Source: Fibrobacteria bacterium
GTDB taxonomy: Bacteria > Fibrobacterota > Fibrobacteria > UBA11236
Length of the DNA: 42,907 bases
Direction: 5' to 3'
Assembly (NCBI GenBank): GCA_043745805.1
Contig: JAYTSD010000012.1
Location: 1-42,907, forward strand
The position numbers were made by a program, and so were the translations under genes. The notes beneath the pieces are model-generated. The model searched no databases. It saw only the letters and a program-made list of their open reading frames with translations, and had not been told where the DNA came from. The number at the start of each line of letters is the position of its first letter. Positions within the stretch are counted from its first letter, which is position 1. Below, piece by piece: positions 19,306 through 27,364 of this stretch.

Positions 19306-21588
19306 ATGAAAAAACTCTGCATTCTCTTTTTAGCCTTTATTCTAATGCATACTGTTTTGTCAGCGACAGAAATTACCGATATTTCCATAGCCAATTCTGG
19401 AGGGCAGACTTTTTTAAAGCTGACTTTTAAAGAGGGTGAATTCCCTATGTATTTTCAAAAACTCGACGCCGATCAGCTTACCATTTCCTTTTTGGAAACG
19501 CAATCCAATTTACCTTTAGGAAAATATCCGGTTTTAGAAAAAGGTCCAGTTTCAGAATTAACACTTAAAAAAATTATTAGTCCCAGCGGTAAAAATTTTA
19601 TGGGCATCACTCTAAAGTTAGTGAGTCTTGCCGGTGAAGAATATGAGATTTCACCTCAAGGAAAAAATGCTTTACGATTGATTTTGGAAAAAAAATCTAC
19701 TGGAAAATTTAATTGGTCGGTGGTTCATTACTTAGAAGAAAAAAAACAGGAGCAAGTTAGACAAGAAAAGATTGCTGCGCAAGAGAAAGCGAAAGCGGAT
19801 GAAAAAGCAGCCTTAGAAGTGAAGGCGAAAGCCAAGGCAGATGCGCAGGCGAATGCCGAAGCCGAGAAGAAAGCCAAGCAAGAAGCAAAAGTGAAAGCCT
19901 TAGCCGAAGCCAAACAAAAAATGGAAGAAGCGAAGCTTGCAAAATTAGCAGCCCAAGAGAAAGCGAAAGCAGATGCTAAAACACAGGCGGATGAGAAAAT
20001 GCGTTTATTAGCGGAAGCGAAAGCCAAAACGGAAGCGGATAAAAAAGCGGCCTTAGAAGCGAAAGCGAAAGCCAAGGCAGATGCGCAGGCGAATGCCGAA
20101 GCCGAGAAGAAAGCCAAGCAAGAAGCAAAAGTGAAAGCCTTAGCCGAAGCCAAACAAAAAACGGAAGAAGCGAAGCTTGCAAAGTTAGCGGCTCAAGAGA
20201 AGGCGAAAGCAGATGCTAAAACACAGGCGGATGAGAAAACGCGTTTATTAGCAGAAGCGAAAGCCAAAGCTGAAGCGGAGGCAAAAGCGAATGCGCCTGC
20301 GAAATTATTAGAAGTAAAATGGTTGGCTTCAAATACGCATCAAAATTTACTTTTTCGTTTTGAAGGAACGGTGAAAAACTTCAGCTTGCAAAATGGAAAT
20401 GATTCTTTAATTTTAAAAGCGAAATTAAATCGCACACAAAACGCATTAACACAAAATAAATACGTACTTCCCGAAAATGATTTGATAAAGCAAATTCGTT
20501 TTAAAAATGAAAAAGGGAATCTCATTGCCGAAATTCAATTACAGCATAAAATCATAGCCAAGCTAGTTTCCAGTGAAGGACTATTAGCTATTACTTTCGA
20601 TGAAAAACCCAATGCGCCTTTTCAATGGTCTTCACAAATGCCCAAAACTTTTTTGAATGGTGCTAATGGAAAACCAAAGGATGAAGATGCCATTGTTAGT
20701 GCGCATGCTCAAGGGGAAAACTTAGACAAATCAAGCGAGCAAAAGCCTCTCACTTCAAGCCGAATTTTTAGCCTTGTGAAGGGAACAAAAATTTTGGTGA
20801 GCATTAAGGATTCTACCGCCTTAAAAATGGGAGAAGGCGCGAAGGATAGCTTGATAAAAAAGATACCCATGGGTTCAAGAGTACGCAAGCTCGCTCGTCA
20901 GGGTCAATGGTTACATGTTGCGCATGAGAATGATTCTGGTTATGTGAAATTAAGTGATTTTGTTTATGAAGATGAATTAACCTCTAAACAAAGCGCACAA
21001 ATCGAAAAATTTTTACTGGCGGCGGAAGCTAAAAGAAATGTAAAAGTAGCGCCTTCGGAAACAACCGTAGCTGCTAAAGTAAAAGCTGATTCGGTGGATG
21101 TAAAAAATGCGGTCCCCGCAAAAGTGGAAATAGCAGTTAAGAATGCAAAATCCATAGTGGAAAAAAAGCCACCTGAAATAAAAATTATGCCTGCAAACAG
21201 TGAAGTGATGATTGCAAAAATTGAACAAGAAAAAAAGGCTTTGGAGCAAGACAAAATTAAAGTGCAGCAGGAAAACACCGTAACTTACAATAGCTATGGA
21301 CGTCGAGACCCTTTTATTCCTGTGCAAGAAGGTCGAGCGGAAAATGGAATTGACATTGATCAAATGAAAGTCGTGGGTATTGTTTATAAAAACAAAGAGC
21401 CAATAGCAGTATTAGAACATTTGAAAGAAGCAGGCATCTCCTATACTGTTAAAGAAGGGGATCCTGTGCATAATGGTAAAGTTTCCCATATTTCGGGCGA
21501 TGCAGTTACTTTTGAAATCACAGAATATTCTATCTCAAGGTCGTATACCTTGAAATTAGTTTCCTCCCAGGAAAGGACGAAAAAATGA
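19306..21588 (+). CDS. Giant multidomain PilP-like protein (AMIN-like x2, Ala/Lys/Glu repeat, SH3b-like, PilP C-terminal domain)
   Basis: Lies between pilO and pilQ. C-terminal YNSYGRRDPF...DQMKVVGIV..AVL..YTVKEGD..GKVSHI is PilP-like. SH3b-like KKIPMGSRV...QGQWLHV..SGYV. Confidence 0.78.
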   Translation: MKKLCILFLAFILMHTVLSATEITDISIANSGGQTFLKLTFKEGEFPMYFQKLDADQLTISFLETQSNLPLGKYPVLEKGPVSELTLKKIISPSGKNFMGITLKLVSLAGEEYEISPQGKNALRLILEKKSTGKFNWSVVHYLEEKKQEQVRQEKIAAQEKAKADEKAALEVKAKAKADAQANAEAEKKAKQEAKVKALAEAKQKMEEAKLAKLAAQEKAKADAKTQADEKMRLLAEAKAKTEADKKAALEAKAKAKADAQANAEAEKKAKQEAKVKALAEAKQKTEEAKLAKLAAQEKAKADAKTQADEKTRLLAEAKAKAEAEAKANAPAKLLEVKWLASNTHQNLLFRFEGTVKNFSLQNGNDSLILKAKLNRTQNALTQNKYVLPENDLIKQIRFKNEKGNLIAEIQLQHKIIAKLVSSEGLLAITFDEKPNAPFQWSSQMPKTFLNGANGKPKDEDAIVSAHAQGENLDKSSEQKPLTSSRIFSLVKGTKILVSIKDSTALKMGEGAKDSLIKKIPMGSRVRKLARQGQWLHVAHENDSGYVKLSDFVYEDELTSKQSAQIEKFLLAAEAKRNVKVAPSETTVAAKVKADSVDVKNAVPAKVEIAVKNAKSIVEKKPPEIKIMPANSEVMIAKIEQEKKALEQDKIKVQQENTVTYNSYGRRDPFIPVQEGRAENGIDIDQMKVVGIVYKNKEPIAVLEHLKEAGISYTVKEGDPVHNGKVSHISGDAVTFEITEYSISRSYTLKLVSSQERTKK
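19793..20279 (+). repeat. Near-identical 240-bp tandem duplication (about 2 copies, 80 aa unit)
   Basis: Sequence at 19801-20040 aligns with 20041-20280 with few substitutions. Confidence 0.95.
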
Positions 21589-23099
21589 AGGGTTTTTTAG
21601 CCGTCTCGGCAATTTTCCTGTTAAGCGGATTGGGATTTGCCGATGATATTGCGGTTCCCGTCGCGGCTTCTGAAAAAAGCAATATGCGTCGTCAGAATTT
21701 TAATTTTTCCAATATGGAAATTCGTTCTGCTTTTAAAGCTTTAGCTGCTACTGGTCGAGTAGATATTGTAGTGGCACCAAATGTCGGTGGCCAAAATGTT
21801 AACCTGCAACTTACGGATAAAAGTTGGCAAGAGGCTATGATTATCATGTGCCAAATGTTCAATTTAAAGTATTTGGTGGAAGACAATTATCTCTATGTGC
21901 AAAACATGAGCGACTATAATAAAATGTCGTTAGAAAATGCTTCGGCAGCGCAGCAAAATGGTGCCTTAGCGCCTTTAACCAGAGAAATTTTAAAGTTAAA
22001 AAACACGAAAGCTATTGATTTAGAGCCCGCTGTAAAAGGCTTACTTTCGGCACGAGGTAAATTAAGCGTGGTCGAGCGTAATAATGCCCTATTAATTTTT
22101 GATACTGAGAGCAATATCGAAGAAATTCGTCAGGCCGTTAATGATTTGGATATTGAAACCTATCAGGTCAATATTCAGGCGCAATTGATTACAGTGGATG
22201 CCGATGCTTTAGAAGAGCTCGGAGTGGATTGGCAATTTGGAAGCGGATCAGTGGGAACTTTAAAAGCCAAACCAGGTCAAGCGGGGAATGGTGTAGGAAA
22301 CGTATTGTCTTCAAACTTTAGTGGATCATCAGGCATTGGGTCGGGGTCATCAAGTGGTGAGGCTGCTGCTGGCGGTTCCGTGGGCGGTGTAGCTGGAGCT
22401 ACTTCACAAATGCTATTTGGATTATTTAACGGAAACTTATCTTTTGCGGTAGCCGATCTTTTAAAAACTGCTCAAGGGGAAGTTTTAGCTAAACCACAAA
22501 TCACTACTTTGGATAATAAACAAGCTCGCATTTTTATGGGCGAACAAGTTCCAATTCGGGTATTGGATGCGACTGGCCATCAAGCGGTACAATTGCAAGA
22601 TGCAGGTACATCTTTAACGGTTACTCCCCACGTAACCGCCGATGGACGTATTTTACTTGATCTCAATCCTGAAAAAAACTCTTTCCGAGTGGATGCTAGC
22701 GCAGGAACAATTCTGCAAAAACAAAGTGCAAATACAACGGTAGTGGTTAACGATGGGGAAACCGTAGTTATAGCCGGTTTAACCACCAAAGAGGAAACTG
22801 AATCCGAAAGTGGCGTTCCTTTACTTAAAGATATTCCAATACTCGGTTATTTTTTCAAACATAAGGCTAAAGAAAGTCGTAAACGTGATTTAATTATTTT
22901 TGTTACCCCGCATATTGTACAGTCAACTAATAAAGCGGGAGTGGTAAGTAAAGTAAATTTGCCTGGTCGCTATGAAAATCTTTCATCACATAACCGCACC
23001 GGCGCATTTGGTTCGAGTAATGAGGCTGAAATAAAGACCATACCGGCTTCCAAAGCCTCAGAAGAGCCTGCTAGCGAGTCTAGCGCATCACCAAAATAA
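21585..23099 (+). CDS. pilQ: Type IV pilus secretin PilQ, short form
   Basis: QVNIQAQL; AKPQITTLDNKQARIFMGEQVP; VNDGETVVIAGL; GVPLLKDIPILGYFFK; LIIFVTPHIV. Confidence 0.93.
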   Translation: MKGFLAVSAIFLLSGLGFADDIAVPVAASEKSNMRRQNFNFSNMEIRSAFKALAATGRVDIVVAPNVGGQNVNLQLTDKSWQEAMIIMCQMFNLKYLVEDNYLYVQNMSDYNKMSLENASAAQQNGALAPLTREILKLKNTKAIDLEPAVKGLLSARGKLSVVERNNALLIFDTESNIEEIRQAVNDLDIETYQVNIQAQLITVDADALEELGVDWQFGSGSVGTLKAKPGQAGNGVGNVLSSNFSGSSGIGSGSSSGEAAAGGSVGGVAGATSQMLFGLFNGNLSFAVADLLKTAQGEVLAKPQITTLDNKQARIFMGEQVPIRVLDATGHQAVQLQDAGTSLTVTPHVTADGRILLDLNPEKNSFRVDASAGTILQKQSANTTVVVNDGETVVIAGLTTKEETESESGVPLLKDIPILGYFFKHKAKESRKRDLIIFVTPHIVQSTNKAGVVSKVNLPGRYENLSSHNRTGAFGSSNEAEIKTIPASKASEEPASESSASPK

Positions 23100-23112
23100 A
23101 GCATTAGCGAAT

Positions 23113-23153
23113 GAATTAAAAAAGCCTCACTTAACGTGAGGCTTTTTTAATTC
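23113..23153. terminator. Bidirectional intrinsic terminator overlapping the dam 3' end
   Basis: gaattaaaaaagcctcac-ttaac-gtgaggcttttttaattc, 18-bp perfect inverted repeat including A/T tracts. Confidence 0.88.
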
Positions 23154-24038
23154 CGTGTTAGTCACATAGTTGGTTAAAATAATTTCGGATACTTTGCCAC
23201 GTGCTGAGGATTTGGAATTTATCGAACGATTTGCTTTTACGAAATCCACATGAAAATTTTTCCTTGTATTTTTTTTCGCATATAATTCTAAAATTAAATC
23301 GGCAGCAGAATTAGAAAGCATAATAAAGCAGCCTTTTTTGTCTAATTCCAAAATGATATCCCGTAATTTTATTTGCTCGGCTTCTTTGAAACCACTTTTT
23401 TGATAAGCGGTAAAGCTTGCGGTTTTGGATACGGGGTGATAGGGGGGATCAAAATAAATGAGATCCCCTTTTTTTGCTTGGACTAAGATTTTTTCAAAAC
23501 TGTGTTGCAAAATATTTGCGGTGCTTAATGCCTGTGATACTTGTTGCATATTTTGCGGATCGCAAAAACTTGGATTTGTATAACGACCGAAAGGCACATT
23601 AAATAATCCTTTTTTGTTTTCGCGATACAAACCATTATAACAGGTTTTGTTCAAATAAATAAAGCGTGCGGCTCTTTCGGGTAATGAGAGCAGGGTAGGA
23701 TCTAAGGCTCGTTTAGCATAGTAAAATTTTTCTGCATAGAGATAATGTTTAAGTAAACGTAAAACTTGCGGGAGTTGGTCGCGAATCGCCGTATAAGTAA
23801 TGATAAGATGCTCATTCATATCCGACAAAAAAGCTTTTTCAATTTTCCCCTGATTAGCTAATTCAAAAAAAAGCGCGCCGCCTCCCAAAAAAGGCTCATG
23901 ATAATTTTTAAAAGTTGGAGGAAGATGCGCCAGCAATTCCAGAAGTAATTGTCTTTTACCGCCCACCCATTTAAGGGGCGGACGAGCTAGTAACCTAGAG
24001 GTTTTGCCATTTGCTAGATCTTTTACTCTACCGACCAT
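23127..24038 (-). CDS. dam: DNA adenine methyltransferase (Dam/D12 class)
   Basis: KWVGGK; EPFLGGGA; YNGLYRENKKGLFNVPFG; YFDPPY; MLSNS. Confidence 0.93.
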   Translation of the reverse strand: MVGRVKDLANGKTSRLLARPPLKWVGGKRQLLLELLAHLPPTFKNYHEPFLGGGALFFELANQGKIEKAFLSDMNEHLIITYTAIRDQLPQVLRLLKHYLYAEKFYYAKRALDPTLLSLPERAARFIYLNKTCYNGLYRENKKGLFNVPFGRYTNPSFCDPQNMQQVSQALSTANILQHSFEKILVQAKKGDLIYFDPPYHPVSKTASFTAYQKSGFKEAEQIKLRDIILELDKKGCFIMLSNSAADLILELYAKKNTRKNFHVDFVKANRSINSKSSARGKVSEIILTNYVTNTELKKPHVK

Positions 24039-24216
24039 GTCCCCTCATTGATTTTTACAGTGAAAATTTTAATTAAAAAATGGTGAATTGAATGAAAATA
24101 GTTCGTACTACGAATAGCATTAAAATTTTTTCATGAGGAAAAGTATCAAATAATAATGGGTTTGGGGTTTTGGCAGGTAACTTGCGGGTTATTTTTTGAA
24201 ATTGGTGTCAGTGAAA

Positions 24217-24255
24217 TAAAAAACCCTAACCTTTGCATATTGAAGATTAGGGTTT
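24217..24255 (-). terminator. Intrinsic terminator of the porin gene
   Basis: Minus strand aaaccctaatctt...aaggttagggttt followed by a T tract. Confidence 0.75.
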
Positions 24256-24308
24256 GAAGTAGTGAATTATAAGGCTCCATTAAGTGCTATTGGCTTTCGC
24301 CCAGTGGA

Positions 24309-25277
24309 TTAAAATGCGAAATTAGCTCTACCGATAATAGCCATGGGTTTACTGCCGCTACCCTTAATCATGTCCATGCTATATTCTAAAATCCAAGTCA
24401 GGGCTTCATGAGATTTATAAGTCACTCCTGTCCGAATGGTTGAAACATCCTTTTGATCGGCCATGGAATAATCTCCGTAGAGACTTAAATTGGTTAAAGG
24501 ATTTACCGTTAACTCAGCCACAATATACGACTCATCATCTGCAGTACCGGCCCATTCTTTGGCCATTCGAATATATTCACCCGATACATCGAATAGGGGC
24601 ATTTTAAAACCTAGACCACCGTCCATAATCGGCTTGGATTCATCTACTGTTCCGTCGACATAGGCCATTTCATAACCCGCGAAACCATAAAGGCCAGGGA
24701 TTCCTGCATCATGAAAGATGATATCTACGAATTGATTATTGATAACACTTGAACCTGCTTTGCCCGTTTTGTCCGTGTCGAAAAGGCCCAACGTTACCGT
24801 AGCTTTATCCATAATATCATAGCGTAATTTGATGGACGGACCTGCTTGATGAGAAACACCCATAGTACCCTCTACTCCAAATTCAACGCTTGGCATAAGA
24901 CTGCGATCTCCTGGATATCCATTGGACTTTAAACCGAAAAGAAAAGGTTGAGCTCCAAAGCTCGCACCGAATCCAGTACCGCAGATTTTGGACCAATCGA
25001 TGAAGGCATCCTTAATGCCAATCGTTCCACTTGAGCCGCCGAAGCTAAGTGCATCGGATCCAATAACACCTACGAAGGTTAGATTGTCCTGTGTTGCCTT
25101 AACTCCTAATGCTAACTGAGCGGTTCCTAAACGGTCATTACCGTTACTATCGCTGTACACAGCATTGCTGGCATATCCATAATCCACATTGGCCCAACCG
25201 AAATGTTTGATGGCGACTTCGGCTTGTGTCAATGCAAATGTTGCAGACAATAAAAACAATCCAACCGTATTCTTCAT
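24309..25277 (-). CDS. Outer membrane beta-barrel porin-like protein
   Basis: AAGGAG RBS before ATG 25277; signal peptide MKNTVGLFLLSATFALTQA; IKDAFIDW porin-like strand; C-terminal Phe (GRANFAF). Confidence 0.75.
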   Translation of the reverse strand: MKNTVGLFLLSATFALTQAEVAIKHFGWANVDYGYASNAVYSDSNGNDRLGTAQLALGVKATQDNLTFVGVIGSDALSFGGSSGTIGIKDAFIDWSKICGTGFGASFGAQPFLFGLKSNGYPGDRSLMPSVEFGVEGTMGVSHQAGPSIKLRYDIMDKATVTLGLFDTDKTGKAGSSVINNQFVDIIFHDAGIPGLYGFAGYEMAYVDGTVDESKPIMDGGLGFKMPLFDVSGEYIRMAKEWAGTADDESYIVAELTVNPLTNLSLYGDYSMADQKDVSTIRTGVTYKSHEALTWILEYSMDMIKGSGSKPMAIIGRANFAF

Positions 25278-25616
25278 GGAATAGACTCCTTGTATAGTGT
25301 GATGGGGTGGTGTAAAAGGAAAATTCGGATTCAGAGCCATTCCCTAGTAAACGCATCGATCATTGCTTTCGCTATTACAGTTCCTGCAACCATACAATTC
25401 GCCTTCATGGGGCATTCTCCTTCGAAGATCCTTTGAGGGATGCTACGACAAAAATTGTTACTAGGTCAAGACAAATATTTACAAAAGGCTAAGTGTAATT
25501 TACAATTCAAAACAATAGGTGTATTCTGCATTCGGAATGTCGCATTGGCAGTTTATCATGTGACTCCCAGACAATTTTTTTACAATTGGAATAATGTTAC
25601 CGTATATTTATATGGA

Positions 25617-26420
25617 CTAAAGTCGAATAACATAACGGCCATCCTGCTTATTTAATTTTAAGGGATGATTAAATAATTGACTCAAATTTTTGGCTGTCAA
25701 GCATTTTTCAAGAGGCCCTTGAATTAAAACTTCTCCTTGATTTAATAAAGCGATATGCGTAAAGGCAGGAATAATTTCTTCTACGTGATGGGTAACATAG
25801 AGTATTGCTGGCCCTTTTGGTATTTGCATTAAATGCGAAAGCCTTTGCAAAAATAGTTCGCGTGCCACAGGATCTAATCCGCCTGTCGGTTCATCCAAAA
25901 CTAATAAACCCGGCTTAGTCATTAGGGCACGGGCAATGGTCACTAAGCGTTTTTGCCCTTGGCTTAATTGAGGAAAGGGACGCTTGGCGTAATTTTCTAG
26001 ATGCACTTCTTGTAAAAGTTTTTTAGCGCGCTTACGATCTGCGGCATTGGGTGCTGTGAATTGTAAACCAATAGTTCCCGTCGCACCCGATAATACTATT
26101 TCTTCCACTGTTTGATACTGTGGAAATTCGGGTTCAATATCATTGCCCACCCAACCGATGTAGCGACGCATTTCGGTTAAATCCGCTTCTCCAAAAGAAC
26201 GCCCCAAAACCTTTACTTGGCCCTCTTGTGGCCATAAATGTCCTTGTAATAAAGCGATTAATGTGCTTTTGCCGCAACCATTGGGACCTAGTAACACCCA
26301 TTGTTCTCTAGGCATAATACGCCAAGTAAGATTTTTTAAAACCAGCGCGTCTCCCCGTACCAGCTGAATATTCATAAGCTCAATCAACGGTTGTACTTTA
26401 AGGTTACCTTGAAGTTTCAA
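25617..26420 (-). CDS. ABC transporter ATP-binding protein (ModF-like)
   Basis: Walker A GPNGCGKST; LSQGQ; LLVLDEP; YVTHH. Confidence 0.9.
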   Translation of the reverse strand: MKLQGNLKVQPLIELMNIQLVRGDALVLKNLTWRIMPREQWVLLGPNGCGKSTLIALLQGHLWPQEGQVKVLGRSFGEADLTEMRRYIGWVGNDIEPEFPQYQTVEEIVLSGATGTIGLQFTAPNAADRKRAKKLLQEVHLENYAKRPFPQLSQGQKRLVTIARALMTKPGLLVLDEPTGGLDPVARELFLQRLSHLMQIPKGPAILYVTHHVEEIIPAFTHIALLNQGEVLIQGPLEKCLTAKNLSQLFNHPLKLNKQDGRYVIRL

Positions 26421-26546
26421 TTCTACTCCTTATCAAATACCCATGAAATAAAGCATACACTCCTAGGCATTATTCTTGTAGGGGGTGGTATTTTCTAAAA
26501 CCATTTGCTCTTCCCAAAAAGCACAGAATCATTGTATAATTTGGAC

Positions 26547-26912
26547 ATGAAAAAAATAATACTCTCTATTACTCTTTTTTTAGCGATGCTATTCGGTTTT
26601 GGATTATCCACTTTGTACGCGCAACCTGATTCGACCAATGAAGAGGAGACCTTGCCGATGGTTCAGCATTATGGCTTGCTCAAATTGGAAATTGATGGGG
26701 GCGAAAGTTTAACCATATTAGATGGAAAATTTTTAGATAAAAATGTTTGGCTTATTTCCATGCGACCAGGACTACATACCTTAGCGGTGCAACGCAAAGG
26801 GTATAAAACCTATGAAAAACATTTTGAGATTTCCGATGATGATCGTTTAAGCTTTTCTATTAGTTTGGAAAAAGATAATGATGAAAATGCGGAGCGAGTT
26901 TCACAGCATTAG
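26547..26912 (+). CDS. Exported PEGA-like domain protein
   Basis: Signal peptide MKKIILSITLFLAML; LDG...MRPGLHTLAVQRKGYK. Confidence 0.7.
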   Translation: MKKIILSITLFLAMLFGFGLSTLYAQPDSTNEEETLPMVQHYGLLKLEIDGGESLTILDGKFLDKNVWLISMRPGLHTLAVQRKGYKTYEKHFEISDDDRLSFSISLEKDNDENAERVSQH

Positions 26913-26922
26913 TTCCCGTATT

Positions 26923-27351
26923 TCAAATTTGCTGGGTAATGCGCAAGTGACGTGAGTTTTCGCCTTTCACTGCTAATTCCACCCAGTATCGGCAAAGTTT
27001 CTTTGCTTCGGGCAAGCGCTCCGGCCATTCGATTAATAAAATACCATTCCGGTGAAAATATTCATCCAATCCAATTTCTTCCCAGTCTGCACCTTGGGGT
27101 AAGCGATATAAATCGGCATGAAAAATAGCTAAGAGACCAGGGTATTCATGAATTAAAGCATAGGAGGGGGAATGCGTTTCGCCTTGATAGCCTAAGGCTC
27201 GTGTTAAGGCGGACGCGAAAAAGGTTTTGCCCGCACCCAAATCGCCTTGTAAACCAACAGAATCACCCGGCTGCAATATTTGCGCAAAGCGCTTTGCTTG
27301 AGCTTCGGTATCGGCCTCGGTAAGACAAAGTTGTTCAACTATGACAGACAT
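26923..27351 (-). CDS. tsaE: tRNA t6A biosynthesis ATPase TsaE
   Basis: GDLGAGKT; SPSY; HADLYRL; IEWPE. Confidence 0.96.
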   Translation of the reverse strand: MSVIVEQLCLTEADTEAQAKRFAQILQPGDSVGLQGDLGAGKTFFASALTRALGYQGETHSPSYALIHEYPGLLAIFHADLYRLPQGADWEEIGLDEYFHRNGILLIEWPERLPEAKKLCRYWVELAVKGENSRHLRITQQI

Positions 27352-27364
27352 TTTAGCTGTGAAT

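Noticed and set aside
19728-20182. Minus-strand ORFs of 141, 61 and 68 aa
   Set aside because: Antisense shadows of the Ala/Lys/Glu repeat; their duplication simply mirrors the 240-bp repeat.
19793-20279. Repeat as a CRISPR array or mobile element
   Set aside because: In-frame coding tandem duplication with no spacers, cas genes or terminal repeats.
25278-25340. ORF-track start of the porin at 25340
   Set aside because: ATG 25277 has an AAGGAG RBS and begins a clean signal peptide.
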